Shown: positions 48,171 to 61,019, counted from the first letter of the stretch. The stretch: DNA of 64,000 nucleotides from Vulcanimicrobiota bacterium (GCA_050250895.1 JBFWNU010000002.1:920709-984708); one strand, 5' to 3'. Notes: generated by a model from the letters alone, not told the origin. Made by a program: numbers and translations.

Positions 48171-50531
48171 TCAGGCACTAAGCTGGTCGGCCCACAACCA
48201 TTGCAGGCGATCCAGAAGGCCCGGGTCGATCTGGGGTTGGTCACAGTAGAGCAGGCCCAGTCCGTTTTGCTCTAGCTTCTTGAGCTGGTCTCCATCTTCG
48301 AGCGCATCCCGGACCAGGGCGAAGCTGGCAGCTGTCAGGCCTGAAGCGCGACTCGCGAAGCGGTCGGCCAGGCGGTCGAAGACAGCCGCGAAGGGTCGTT
48401 CCTGGAAGCAGAGTTCCCTCAGGTCGTCGAAGGTGGCGTGGTTGGTCAAACTGCACAGAAGTTCCGTGTTCTCGCGCAGATTCTGGCCGGCCCGCAGCTC
48501 TAACAGGAGCTGTTCAGGAAGGATGTGTCCCACGGCCAGATAGTGGTCCACACAGGTGTTGATCAATCTTGCTCGGGTGGTGTCGTCGAGGCTGGCAGCC
48601 GCTCGGCGCACCTGCAGATGGCCGCGCATCATCTGGAACAGCAGTCCGTAGATGAGAAACCGCAACTCGTGCAGGTCGAGGTTCTCGAGGCACTGGTGAT
48701 AGACGACGGTGGGGGAGGGGTGCTGGTTGCCGTCGATGAGGAAGGTGGGCTCTCCCGACTTGACGCGAACTCGCAGGGTGGCTACGCGGAACGTGCGGGC
48801 GGCCTCGAGCACGATCTCGGTCACCCGGGAGGATTGAGGAGCGGGTTGCGAGCCTTCCAGTCGCGCTTCGAACTCGGGGCTGGTGGTGGGCACTTCCAGG
48901 CTGGCGCGCTGGGGCAGTTGCTGCAGGCAGAAGTTGAGGATGCGGGTTTCGTCGGAGTCGCGGGTCTCATCGGGCTTGATCAGCGCGGGTTCGCTGGCCA
49001 ACACCGAGCCGCCCACTTTGCGCTGGACGTTTTCGGCCTGAGCCCGCGGGCGACGAGCCAGGGTGAGAATGGTGCGCACGGCCGGAAAGGCGTTGCGATG
49101 GCGCGGGTGGTTGAAAATCTGGCGCACATGCTCGAGCAGTTCGGGCGGGTGTTGGTGGTTGGTCATATAGGCCAGCAGGTGACGGCTGCGGTCTTCGCCG
49201 CTGTCTTCGAGCAGGCAGCAGAGATGATAGGCGAGGGCGCCGTCGGCCGGAACCTTGACCGTGATTTGATCGGCCTGGCGGAAGAAGCGCAGGGCTTTGC
49301 GAGGCTCGTCGAGATGGTGCTCGCCCAGTTCGATCAGTAGCTGCTTGCGAGCCACCGGGGCCTGGGTCTCTTCGAGACGGTTCCGCAGGACGGTGTCCAT
49401 TGCTTCGTGGAACTCAGGCGTGCACTCGCCCTCTTCACGCATCTTGCGCCCGACCGTCAGGGCCTCTTCCCAGTGGCGACAGAAGACCAGGCTGGCGAAA
49501 TAGCCTTTCAGCGCGCGGGGGTCGTGGGGGTCGAGTTCGACCAGACTCTCGAAGTCGGCCAGGGCCTCTTCGCCAATCTTGGTCTGGGCAGCGGCCAGTC
49601 GTTCTTCAAAGTCGACCTCGGCAACCTCGGGCTCAGGCTGGGCCTCGGGCGCGGGCGCAACCTCGACCTCGACCGTTGCTTGGGGTTGGGGCGTGGGCTC
49701 GGGGGCCGGCTCGGCCTCAACCGCCACCGGCATCGGCGTCGGCGTCGGGGCCGGGACTGGCTCAGCTACGGGCGCGGGACTCGGCAGAGCGATGGCGGGC
49801 TCAGGATTCACCTTACCGTTGACGGCGGGGGCAAACATCTCGGTCTCGAAGCCCTTGAGAATCGCTCGGACCCGGTCGCCCTGCTGGTCGTTGACGGCCA
49901 GACGCGGGGCCGAGAAGCGCAGCTCTTCGAGAATTTTCTTCCAGGCGTCGGGCTCGCGGGTTTCGGCCGAGAAATCGAGTCTGCCAAGAGTCTGCTGCAC
50001 GAGCGACTTGCTCATACTGTGCAGCTCGGCCTCGAGCAGATGAATCAAACGTTCGGCCGGGGATTGGGGGTGTTCGGGTGCGGGTTCTTCTTCGTGAAGA
50101 TAGCTCTGTTTGAGAGTGAGCAGCGACTTCTCGAGTTCTTCGATGCGAGCTTGAGCCACTTCGAGTTGCTCGGCCAACTCCAGGTTGAGTTCCCGCTGCT
50201 CTCCCAGCATGTTCTCGCTGAGGCGATAGTTCTCTTCCATCTCGGCCAGTTCGGCCCCGGCCCGTTCGGTTCGAGCACGGCTCTCTTCGAGTTGGGCGGT
50301 GACCTCGGCGATGGCCTGTTGGCGGGTATCGAAATCAGCCACTTTCTGCTCGAGAGTCTTGACCTGAGATTCGAGTTCTCCTACCGAGAAGATCAGTTCG
50401 ACATTCTTGGCTCCGAGCAGGTCGAGTTCTTCTTGAAGCTTGTGATTTTGGGCGCGCAGTTCTCTGTTTTGTTGATAGATTCGCAGGTCGAGTTCGGTCG
50501 ACTCATTCTGGGCGGGCAGCGTGGTGGCCAT
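48171..50531 (-). CDS. coiled-coil / Pro-rich linker / TPR protein with degenerate M48-like C-terminus
   Basis: AGGAG RBS before ATG 50531; heptad region, PAPE linker, LDPHDPRAL TPR; HELRFLI...GHL lacks HExxH. Confidence 0.72.
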   Translation of the reverse strand: MATTLPAQNESTELDLRIYQQNRELRAQNHKLQEELDLLGAKNVELIFSVGELESQVKTLEQKVADFDTRQQAIAEVTAQLEESRARTERAGAELAEMEENYRLSENMLGEQRELNLELAEQLEVAQARIEELEKSLLTLKQSYLHEEEPAPEHPQSPAERLIHLLEAELHSMSKSLVQQTLGRLDFSAETREPDAWKKILEELRFSAPRLAVNDQQGDRVRAILKGFETEMFAPAVNGKVNPEPAIALPSPAPVAEPVPAPTPTPMPVAVEAEPAPEPTPQPQATVEVEVAPAPEAQPEPEVAEVDFEERLAAAQTKIGEEALADFESLVELDPHDPRALKGYFASLVFCRHWEEALTVGRKMREEGECTPEFHEAMDTVLRNRLEETQAPVARKQLLIELGEHHLDEPRKALRFFRQADQITVKVPADGALAYHLCCLLEDSGEDRSRHLLAYMTNHQHPPELLEHVRQIFNHPRHRNAFPAVRTILTLARRPRAQAENVQRKVGGSVLASEPALIKPDETRDSDETRILNFCLQQLPQRASLEVPTTSPEFEARLEGSQPAPQSSRVTEIVLEAARTFRVATLRVRVKSGEPTFLIDGNQHPSPTVVYHQCLENLDLHELRFLIYGLLFQMMRGHLQVRRAAASLDDTTRARLINTCVDHYLAVGHILPEQLLLELRAGQNLRENTELLCSLTNHATFDDLRELCFQERPFAAVFDRLADRFASRASGLTAASFALVRDALEDGDQLKKLEQNGLGLLYCDQPQIDPGLLDRLQWLWADQLSA

Positions 50532-50697
50532 GGTAACTCCTGTTCTGTTTCGGATCGCGGGCATGTGAACATTAACAGTTACACTGTTCTCCGATCTGTG
50601 AGCTGGATCGCATTTTGGAAAAGATCCGAAAAACTCGTCTGCCATCCCGTTGGTCGAGTGGGGCGGAATGCGAGTCGACGGCCGCGAAGGCCACCTG

Positions 50698-51420
50698 ATG
50701 CCCGCAAAACCAACTCATGCAGAGTGCTCACGCTCGTTGCTGGTCGGCGCCACGACCGGTTTTCTGTCGACCATCTCGGTTCACGTCGAGGGTCATCCCT
50801 TCGGCTCGCTGGTGAGCCACGCCGCCACCAGCCACGGTGACCCGCTCTTCTTGCTCAGTCGTCTGGCCGAGCACACCACCAATTTTACGGCCGACCCGCG
50901 GGCTTCTTTCATGGTCACCGAAGACCGCGCCGGCGACCCGCTCGAGGCCGCCCGGCTTACCCTCCTGGGCACCATGGAAGAGTTTGGCGAGGCCCGCGAG
51001 CCTTATCTCGAGCGGCATCCCCAGGCCAAACTCTATGCGAGCTTCAAGGACTTTGCCTTCTATCGGCTCAAGGTCCTAGAGTGCCGCTATGTCGGAGGGT
51101 TCGGCCAAATGTCCTGGGTCGACCTCGAGGACTATCGTGGGGCCGAGGCCGACCCTTTGGTCGCCTCCGCTCGAGGCATCATCGACCACATGAATGAGGA
51201 CCATCAAGACGCGATGCAACTCATTTTGTCCCACCAGCACGACCTGCCCAGCGAGCAGGTCGAAATGGTGGCGGTCGACCGTTACGGCTACACCCTGAGG
51301 GTGCCCGGACCGCCACCCCAAACCTTTCGCCTGAGCTTTCCCGAACCGGTGGCCTCGCCGGAGAAGGTACGCAAATACCTGGTGGCTCAGGTTCATCAAG
51401 CCAGGGAGGCATTGACATGA
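50698..51420 (+). CDS. HugZ-family PNPOx-like protein with DUF2470
   Basis: GHPFGSLV, SRLAEHTTN, YVGGFGQMSW and HMNEDH motifs; alternative start 50668. Confidence 0.87.
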   Translation: MPAKPTHAECSRSLLVGATTGFLSTISVHVEGHPFGSLVSHAATSHGDPLFLLSRLAEHTTNFTADPRASFMVTEDRAGDPLEAARLTLLGTMEEFGEAREPYLERHPQAKLYASFKDFAFYRLKVLECRYVGGFGQMSWVDLEDYRGAEADPLVASARGIIDHMNEDHQDAMQLILSHQHDLPSEQVEMVAVDRYGYTLRVPGPPPQTFRLSFPEPVASPEKVRKYLVAQVHQAREALT

Positions 51421-54080
51421 AGACAGTCGAGCGTAAAGACGAAGCCCTGCGCAAAGAAGTGCGCATGCTGGGCGAACTGCTGGGGCAGGTCATCAGCGAG
51501 CTGGACGGCCCCGAGATGCTGCACCTGGAAGAGAACATTCGTAAGCTGGCTAAAGCCCGACGGGCCGGCGAACCCGGCGCCGAGGCCGCCCTCATCGAGG
51601 CCATCGAGGGGCTCGACATCGATGCCGCCTTCGGGGTCTGCCGGGCCTTCACCATCTTCTTTGATCTGGCCAACATGGCCGAGGACCGGCATCGGGTTAG
51701 AGTGCTTCGCGAACGCGAGCGCGAAGGTGGCGACAAGCCCCGCTCGGAGTCGATTCGGGCGGTGGTGCTGGGCCTGGCCGAAGCCGGCCTTTCTCCCGTT
51801 CGGGTCCAGGAGTTGCTCGACGGCCTGCTGATCGAGCCGGTCTTCACCGCCCACCCCACCGAAGCCAAGCGCCGGGCCGTGCGCGGCAAACTGCGTCGCA
51901 TTCGTGAGGTGCTCTCGAAGTTGGACGTGCCGGGTCGGCTCCCTCGGGAACAGCGGCGCTATCGCGAGTCGCTCACGGCCGAGTTACGCTGCCTGTGGGA
52001 GACCGACTTGCTGCGTCCACGCCGGCCCACCGTGCTCGAAGAGGTGGCCCGGGGCCTCTATTTCATGCGCACTCTGTGGGACGTGGTGCCGGTGCTTTAT
52101 GACGATCTGACCCGAGCGCTGGAGGAGGCCTATCCCGGTCACAGCTTCCGCCTGCCCACCTTCTTGCGCTTTGGCTCCTGGATGGGCGGCGACCGCGACG
52201 GCAATCCTTTCGTGACCGCCCTGGTGACCCTGCAAAGCCTCGAGCTACTGCGCCAGGCCGCGCTCAAGAACCATCTGCGAGTGGCTCGCGAACTGTTCGG
52301 CCACCTGACCCAGTCCTCGGTCCGGGTCAAGTTTGCGCCCGACCTCAAGGAGGCCATGGAGAAATACCTCGATCGCTTTCCGGCCTTGGAAGAGAAGGTC
52401 GCCCACCTGCCCACCGAAGAGGTCTATCGCCGCTGGTTGGTGGCCCTGGCCTGGCGCCTCGAGCAGGCGGTCGACAAAGCCCCCGGCGCCTATGCCCGAG
52501 CCGACCAGCTCGAGCGCGACCTGGGGCTGCTCCAAGCTAGCCTGTTGGGCCATCGGCCCGGCGGCAAGCTCGAGATGGGGCTTAGCGATTGGCTGGTGCA
52601 GGTCAAGGTATTCGGCTTTCACTTCGCACGGCTGGACGTGCGGCAGCATTCAGGAGTTTATCAGGCCATGGCCAGCGAGATCCTCTCACGCTGTGGCCTG
52701 TGCGACAATTTCGCCGAACTTGACGAGCCCGATCGGGTGGCCCTGCTCAACGCCGTGTTGAAGACGCCTCTAGATGTTCCCCACAGTGGCTGGAGCGAGG
52801 CCACTCGCGAGGGGTTGTCGATGTTCGCGGTGCTCAATCGGCGCGTCGAGGAATTCGGTCCCGAAGTGCTCGGTGCCCATGTCATTAGCATGACCCACAA
52901 CCTCAGTGATGTGCTCACGGTGCTCTGGCTGCAGCGGCTGGGCGGAGGCATTCTGGCCCAACCCATCGTGCCTTTACTCGAGACCATCGACGACCTTCGG
53001 CGTGGACCCGAGATTCTCACTGCCATGTTCGAGAACCCGTACTATCGCGAGTATCTCGAGCGCCAACAGAAGCTGCAGTTCGTCATGATCGGCTACTCGG
53101 ACAGTACCAAAGACGGCGGTTATCTGGCCGCCAACTGGTGGCTCTACAAGGCCCAGGATACCATTCGGCGGACCGCCTCCGAGCACGGCGTGCGCATGGT
53201 TTTGTTTCACGGTCGCGGCGGCGCCCTCGGCCGGGGTGGTGGCCCGGCCGCTCGCAGCATTCTGAGCCTTCCCCCCGAAGTGGCCAAAGCCGGGCTGCGC
53301 GTCACCGAGCAGGGCGAGGTGCTTTCGGAACGCTACGACGACCCTCAGGTGGCCTATCGCCACCTCGAGCAACTGACCTGGGCTATGGTCAAAGTGCGCA
53401 GCGAACCGTCGACGCCCCCCGAGCCGCAGTGGCTCGAGGTGGCCGAGCGGATGGCCGAGAACTCGCTCAGAGTTTATCGCGAATTGCTCGAGCAGCCCGG
53501 CTTCGTCGATTTCTTCTCCACCGCCACCCCGGTGGGAGGCATCGAGAAGCTTCAACTGGGTTCACGCCCCTCTCGCCGCAAAGGGCAGAAGACCCTGGCC
53601 GACCTGCGCGCCATCCCCTGGGTCTTCGCCTGGACTCAGAGCCGCGTGATCCTGCCTGCCTGGTTCGGCCTCGGCTCGGCCTTCGTGCACGAGTCGACCG
53701 ACCTTTTGCGCGAACTCTACGATCAGTGGCGCTTTTTCCGGGCCACTGTCAACAACGCGGTGCTGGCCATGGCCAAGGCCGATATGGACATCGGCCGCCA
53801 TTACTCCCAGCGAGCCGGCCTGCCGGCCATCTGGGAACGCATCGAGAAGGAATACGAACTCAGTCATAAGGCTCTACTCGAGGTCACTCGTTGCCAGCAA
53901 CTGCTCGACGACATCCCCTGGCTCAAGCGTTCGATTAACATCCGCAATCCCTACGTCGATCCGCTCAACTTCATCCAGCTCGAGGCCTTCCGCCGCTGGG
54001 AGAACCAGGACGACAACGCCCTGGCTCTCACTCGAATGACGATTCAGGGAGTGGCCTCAGGCCTGCGCACCACGGGCTAG
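51417..54080 (+). CDS. ppc: phosphoenolpyruvate carboxylase
   Basis: VFTAHPTE, GSWMGGDRDGNP, MIGYSDSTKDGG, FHGRGGALGRGG, RAIPWVF and terminal GLRTTG. Confidence 0.97.
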   Translation: MKTVERKDEALRKEVRMLGELLGQVISELDGPEMLHLEENIRKLAKARRAGEPGAEAALIEAIEGLDIDAAFGVCRAFTIFFDLANMAEDRHRVRVLREREREGGDKPRSESIRAVVLGLAEAGLSPVRVQELLDGLLIEPVFTAHPTEAKRRAVRGKLRRIREVLSKLDVPGRLPREQRRYRESLTAELRCLWETDLLRPRRPTVLEEVARGLYFMRTLWDVVPVLYDDLTRALEEAYPGHSFRLPTFLRFGSWMGGDRDGNPFVTALVTLQSLELLRQAALKNHLRVARELFGHLTQSSVRVKFAPDLKEAMEKYLDRFPALEEKVAHLPTEEVYRRWLVALAWRLEQAVDKAPGAYARADQLERDLGLLQASLLGHRPGGKLEMGLSDWLVQVKVFGFHFARLDVRQHSGVYQAMASEILSRCGLCDNFAELDEPDRVALLNAVLKTPLDVPHSGWSEATREGLSMFAVLNRRVEEFGPEVLGAHVISMTHNLSDVLTVLWLQRLGGGILAQPIVPLLETIDDLRRGPEILTAMFENPYYREYLERQQKLQFVMIGYSDSTKDGGYLAANWWLYKAQDTIRRTASEHGVRMVLFHGRGGALGRGGGPAARSILSLPPEVAKAGLRVTEQGEVLSERYDDPQVAYRHLEQLTWAMVKVRSEPSTPPEPQWLEVAERMAENSLRVYRELLEQPGFVDFFSTATPVGGIEKLQLGSRPSRRKGQKTLADLRAIPWVFAWTQSRVILPAWFGLGSAFVHESTDLLRELYDQWRFFRATVNNAVLAMAKADMDIGRHYSQRAGLPAIWERIEKEYELSHKALLEVTRCQQLLDDIPWLKRSINIRNPYVDPLNFIQLEAFRRWENQDDNALALTRMTIQGVASGLRTTG

Positions 54081-54130
54081 CGCGCCGAGGACCCGCAGGC
54101 CGCTCGGGCCGCCCGGTCGAAGAAAGCTCG

Positions 54131-54826
54131 GTGCCGACTTTTTTGAAGCTCTTCTTGACCTGCGTGGTGCTCGACTTTCTTTGTATTCTCTCGCTGACGC
54201 TCGGCCTGGCGCCAGTGATCTATGTGGCCATTTTCTGGCTGGTGCTGTTCGCGCCGATGGCGCATCTGTATGGGGGCTTTTTGGCGGTGCTGTGGTTCGC
54301 CAACGCCTCGCCCTGGGCGATCGAGCCGGTGCCGCCTCCGCGTGAGCCTGACCCGGATATCGTGCAGGACGCCAAAGCCGAGTTTCTCGGTCTTTTGCGC
54401 GGCTCGGCCTCGGCCTGGTTGGGCATCGTGGCCCGGGCCTATTCGGGGGCCGCGGTGCTGGTGGGCGTCACTACCGCCCTCCATTTGGTGCTCGCCTGGA
54501 GCGAGAGCCTCCAACTGCTGCACCTGTGTGCTCTCTGTCTGATGGTGCGGTTGTTGACGATGGCGGCGGCCACGATGTTTTTGTGCCCGGGCTTGTTGCT
54601 GGCCAGCATCTTCGAGCCGTCGCTCCGCTATCACGCCGTCCTGGGCGGAGCCTGTTGCACGGCCGCGTTAGTGGCTCTCTATGCAACCAGCACCGGAGTG
54701 CCGCTGGAGGAATACGTCATGGGCCTGGTTCGGATGCTGTCGCAGTTGCCCGGTTACGGCTTCGGTCTGATGGCTGGCGCAAGCCTGTGGTTTGGCCTGG
54801 CCCGGCTGTCAGAATCGAAAAAGTGA
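54131..54826 (+). CDS. hypothetical multi-pass membrane protein
   Basis: Several hydrophobic segments; fills the gap between ppc and the convergent gene. Confidence 0.55.
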   Translation: MPTFLKLFLTCVVLDFLCILSLTLGLAPVIYVAIFWLVLFAPMAHLYGGFLAVLWFANASPWAIEPVPPPREPDPDIVQDAKAEFLGLLRGSASAWLGIVARAYSGAAVLVGVTTALHLVLAWSESLQLLHLCALCLMVRLLTMAAATMFLCPGLLLASIFEPSLRYHAVLGGACCTAALVALYATSTGVPLEEYVMGLVRMLSQLPGYGFGLMAGASLWFGLARLSESKK

Positions 54827-56431
54827 AGCCGGCTGTAAGTTGGTGAGGATCAGGGCCGGGCGCTGGTCGACCTGGCGATGCGGGTCGTCTTTCCAGACGG
54901 CTTTCTCGTCGATCGACTCGAGATTGGCAAAACGCTCGTAGCCGGGTTTGTCGGCCAGTTCGGCTTTGACCGTATCCAGGACACGATTGGCGATCAGGGC
55001 CTGACCCACGTCGCTAGGGTGAATTCCGTCGTAACTAAAGAATCCGTGGGCTCCCGAGGGGGTCTGCAAGCCGGTAAAGGTCGTGCCCATGACCACTTCA
55101 GGACCGGAGCCTCGCAGAGGAACGCCGGTGGCCCTGGCTTGCTCGAGCAGAGCGTTCACATCCACCAGGTGCACTCGGGGATTCTCGGCGGCCTCGGTCA
55201 ACAGCCCGTTGAAGTCCTCCACCCGGCTCTGGATCTGGTCCAGTTCGGCGGGGTCAAGAACCTCGTCTTCGGTAAAGACCTGCTCCTGGTTCATCTCCTC
55301 CATGGCCTGGTCGAAGTCGCCCTTGGACGTCAGAACGTTGATGATCTTGGTCAGGAGTTGACCCATGCCCACCATGGTTCCATCGGGAAAGTGGTCGCGA
55401 GCACCGTCATCAGGGCTTCGCACGCCGGTGGGAATGCGATAGTCCTCGATACGGTCGGTCACGTCATAGCCATTGGGCAAGATCAGGCGAAAGGGGAGGG
55501 GACCGATTTTTTCGCCCATCTTGAAGAGGAAAGGCACAGCCGTGACGTTCGGGATGTTCATCATCACCACTTCGGCCCGGGTTTCGTTGAGTAGCCGGGT
55601 CAGAACGCCTTTCTCGCCCACCAGCGAGTTGCGAAAGCCGGTTACGGGTCGCTCGGTCTGGTGGGGGGTCCGTTTGCCGGTGAGCGGATTATAGGTGTGG
55701 TAGGTCCAGACCCGGTCCTCCATCGGAGTCAAGCTTTCATCGTCCACGTGTCCGGCCAGGGCGGCCGCCAGGGCATCGTTGTTGCCGGCCCACAGGGTAA
55801 CCAGATCGGGTTGCTGGGCGATAGCCCGGTCGACCTCGGTGAGCCCATGCTTGGCCGACTTGCCGGCCTGGTTGATCTCGCGCAGATAAGGGCCGACCGC
55901 GATCAGGTTGCCCGAGCTGTGGGCGTGGTTTTTGAGTTCGGCCATGAAGTCGTAGACATTGCTGGTCTCGTTGAGGTGGCGCAATTCAAAGCCCGGAATG
56001 GCCAGATTCTGGAAGTCGTCGCGATTCTGGTTATGACCCATGCCACCCGCCCAGTAGAGCGGATAGAGCAAATACTCGTGGGGAACGATTCCGGCCGCGA
56101 TGCTGGCCATCGGAACAGCCGCCGCCAACCCGACCTGAGCGTAGCGCCAGAGCGTGCCGGCTAAGCTCGCCTCGCCGGTAAGAAACGAGGCCGGCGGAAT
56201 GCCATTGCCCGAAAGCAAAGGCTGCTGAAACGGCAAGCGGGCTTGCTGGGCGAACTGGTTAACGTAAGAGGCGTTCTGCCCGCGCGCCATCAGGTTCCAG
56301 TCCTGCATTCCCGCGGTCAGACTGTCGCCCAGGGCGACATAGCGGAAGCTGTCGGCGGGCTGCTGCTCGCAAGCAGGGAGCGCCGTCCTGGGCACCGGCG
56401 TGGTCGAGGACCGAAACGAGTTGATGAGCAC
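54809..56431 (-). CDS. SGNH/GDSL hydrolase lacking signal peptide
   Basis: VALGDSLTAG, NLAIPG, WAGNND and YDGIHPS motifs. Confidence 0.88.
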   Translation of the reverse strand: MLINSFRSSTTPVPRTALPACEQQPADSFRYVALGDSLTAGMQDWNLMARGQNASYVNQFAQQARLPFQQPLLSGNGIPPASFLTGEASLAGTLWRYAQVGLAAAVPMASIAAGIVPHEYLLYPLYWAGGMGHNQNRDDFQNLAIPGFELRHLNETSNVYDFMAELKNHAHSSGNLIAVGPYLREINQAGKSAKHGLTEVDRAIAQQPDLVTLWAGNNDALAAALAGHVDDESLTPMEDRVWTYHTYNPLTGKRTPHQTERPVTGFRNSLVGEKGVLTRLLNETRAEVVMMNIPNVTAVPFLFKMGEKIGPLPFRLILPNGYDVTDRIEDYRIPTGVRSPDDGARDHFPDGTMVGMGQLLTKIINVLTSKGDFDQAMEEMNQEQVFTEDEVLDPAELDQIQSRVEDFNGLLTEAAENPRVHLVDVNALLEQARATGVPLRGSGPEVVMGTTFTGLQTPSGAHGFFSYDGIHPSDVGQALIANRVLDTVKAELADKPGYERFANLESIDEKAVWKDDPHRQVDQRPALILTNLQPASLFRF

Positions 56432-56496
56432 GTACCGAGAGTAGATCTGCGTCTACCTCCGATTGTTACCCTTTTGTTACGCGCTGGAGAGAAGCC

Positions 56497-57888
56497 TCAG
56501 TCTTCTGGACGTTCTCCGGCCGGGGCCATCTTGACGATCTTGGGGTCAAAACGACCCACGACCGAGACCAGATCGCGTTGATCATCCATCACCTGATGAA
56601 TGTCTTTGTAGACTCCCGGAACCTCATCGAGCCCGGCGCTGAGCAGGGTGACCCCGCTTCGTTCCAGCTGTTTCTTGACCGTCTTCCAGTCGAAGGCTTT
56701 CTTGGCCTTGGTGCGCGACATCACCCGTCCGGCCCCGTGCGAAGCCGAGAGCAGTGACTCAGGCGAGCCCAGCCCACGCACCACGAAGCCCGGCGTCGCC
56801 ATCGAGCCGGGAATGACCCCGAGGACTCCCTCGCCCGCCGGGGTGGCCCCTTTGCGATGCACGATCACCTCGCGGTCGCCATGGCGCTCTTTCCAGGCGA
56901 AGTTGTGGTGGTTCTCGACTGTGGCTAGAACTCGGGCTTTGAGCGATTTGACCATCTCACGGTGGATGACCTCGTGGTTGGCGGCCGCGTAGTGGCCCAT
57001 TAGCTCCATGGCTGCCCAGTATTCCTGGCCCTCCTCCTGGTCGAGTTCGAGCCAGGCCAAATGCTTGAGATCATCCGGCAGGTCCATGTGGAAGGCACGG
57101 GCCAGCTTGGAGTAGTAGGCGGCCACCGCCGCCCCCGTTCCGCGGCTTCCGCTGTGAGACAGAATGGCAAGATAGGTGCCGGCTGCCAGTCCCAGGTCTT
57201 TCTGGTCGAGATGGAACAGCCCGTACTCCACAAAATGGTTTCCGGAACCACTCGTGCCGAGCTGCGACCAGGCCTTCGGCTTGAGTTCGGCGGTGACTTT
57301 GCTGACGCTCCAATCACGGTCCATGACTTTGTGGTCACGGGTTTTCTTGAAACGTGCTCCCACTCCGAAGCGGGTATCTTTCTCGAGCACCTCGATCAGT
57401 CGGTCGCTCTCGGCCTCGAGGCTCTCCGGCGGGATATCCAGCACCGTCAAGCGCATGCGGCAAGCGATGTCGACTCCGACCGCGTAGGGAATGACGCAGC
57501 GATCAGTGGCCAGCACGCCCCCGATGGGTAGGCCGTAGCCCACATGGGCGTCGGGCATGAGGGCCCCGGCCACCGCCACTGGCAGGCGGCAGGCGGCTTG
57601 CATCTGTCTGACGGCGGGCTCGTCGAGGTCTGCCCCCCACTGACGCCAGGGAGCGGGCTGATCTCGCTCTTTGTAGCCGGAGCGATTGCCGGTCTTGATG
57701 GCCTTGGCCACGGCCCCGTAAACGGGGTCGTTCTCGTGGGCCTCGGGGTCGGCCAGCAGAGCCTTGATCTGGGCCTCCATGGTCCGCTTCTTGATACCGT
57801 TGGCCGCCTGCTGTCGCAGAGCCACCTGGAGGAGCTGGGTCGGATATCCGCTGGGGACTCCTAGTTTTTCGAGCTGATTTGCCTTCAT
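56497..57888 (-). CDS. rtcB: RtcB-family RNA ligase
   Basis: MPDAHVGYG, VGVDIAC, GSGNHF, HSGSRG, NHHN, HRKGAT, PGSM, SHGAGR and DEVPGVYK motifs. Confidence 0.96.
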   Translation of the reverse strand: MKANQLEKLGVPSGYPTQLLQVALRQQAANGIKKRTMEAQIKALLADPEAHENDPVYGAVAKAIKTGNRSGYKERDQPAPWRQWGADLDEPAVRQMQAACRLPVAVAGALMPDAHVGYGLPIGGVLATDRCVIPYAVGVDIACRMRLTVLDIPPESLEAESDRLIEVLEKDTRFGVGARFKKTRDHKVMDRDWSVSKVTAELKPKAWSQLGTSGSGNHFVEYGLFHLDQKDLGLAAGTYLAILSHSGSRGTGAAVAAYYSKLARAFHMDLPDDLKHLAWLELDQEEGQEYWAAMELMGHYAAANHEVIHREMVKSLKARVLATVENHHNFAWKERHGDREVIVHRKGATPAGEGVLGVIPGSMATPGFVVRGLGSPESLLSASHGAGRVMSRTKAKKAFDWKTVKKQLERSGVTLLSAGLDEVPGVYKDIHQVMDDQRDLVSVVGRFDPKIVKMAPAGERPED

Positions 57889-57910
57889 ATCAACTAATAT
57901 TTCCAGGAAT

Positions 57911-57969
57911 AAAGAAAAATCCTCCCGCTCGGGAGGATGAAAAAAGGCCCGCCTTGGGGTAGGCGGGCC
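57911..57969 (-). terminator. two tandem intrinsic terminator-like hairpins
   Basis: GGCCCGCCT/AGGCGGGCC (57946-57969) and ATCCTCCC/GGGAGGAT (57919-57938), each followed by a T-tract on the minus strand. Confidence 0.78.
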
Positions 57970-57996
57970 AATTCAGCAAGTTTGATCGTCTGTAAT

Positions 57997-60126
<2,130 letters not shown>

Positions 60127-60306
60127 TTAGTGATCTCCCCTGCTGAATTGATACTTCTGTTTCGGTTGAGCTTGCGGCTCAGCCAGTTGTGACCGAACGG
60201 CGCTTCGGTCTCCAGTCGCGCCTCTCAAAGAGGCGGTTTTATATTTCTCCAGTCGTTTCGAAAATCCCGTCCCGCTCGCCGTTCGAGGGGGCCTTCCGAA
60301 ATTGGT

Positions 60307-61014
60307 CTATTCGTCGTCGTCGTCTTCTTCTTCGTCTGCAGTAGGTTTCTTTTCGAACATTTTGCGGATCATCGGGTTGACTTTCAGCTTCTTCGGCCGC
60401 TGGCGTGGTGCTGTCTTGACTTCCTCGATGATGAACTTGCCGGTGTCGATTTGACTGACCGGCCCAAATCGATTGGCCGGGTCCACGCTGCCATCGGGGC
60501 GGCGGGGCGGGCCCTCTTTGATGTGGCCCTCCAGGTCAATCTTGTCGATGGTGCCGTCGCCAGCCAGCTTCTGGGCGTCGGTCTCGCGTGACACCACCTG
60601 TCCTGAACGGTTGACATCCGAGAGCGAGCCGCCCTCGATATCGACTTTGTCGATGTCTGAAAAACGAGCGATTCGAGCGGGCTTACTGCGTGCCCCATCC
60701 GGGGTGATTTCCACCACCTCTTGCACGATATTGGCGGGGATCACGAAGCGCTCGCTGGCGTAAAAGTCGCGCCGCATCATTTGGGCGCGCGCCCCGGGAT
60801 CCTCGCGGATCGAGTCGTAGAGATGATCCATGCGACGAGCGATGCTATCCTGGAGATTTTGGATCCAGAAGGCGGCAGTGGCGCGGCCAACGCGTCGACG
60901 AGGCACTCGGTCGAGCACTTTGTCGGGAGCCTTCGACGGCTTGCCGCTGCGGATCGCGTCAAGAGCATCGCCGATGCTGACCTTTTTCTTGTCGTCTTTT
61001 TTCTCTTTTTCCAT
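60307..61014 (-). CDS. hypothetical charged protein
   Basis: 235 aa; internal repeat IDKVDIEG / IDKIDLEG; acidic tail. Confidence 0.7.
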   Translation of the reverse strand: MEKEKKDDKKKVSIGDALDAIRSGKPSKAPDKVLDRVPRRRVGRATAAFWIQNLQDSIARRMDHLYDSIREDPGARAQMMRRDFYASERFVIPANIVQEVVEITPDGARSKPARIARFSDIDKVDIEGGSLSDVNRSGQVVSRETDAQKLAGDGTIDKIDLEGHIKEGPPRRPDGSVDPANRFGPVSQIDTGKFIIEEVKTAPRQRPKKLKVNPMIRKMFEKKPTADEEEDDDDE

Positions 61015-61019
61015 CTACT

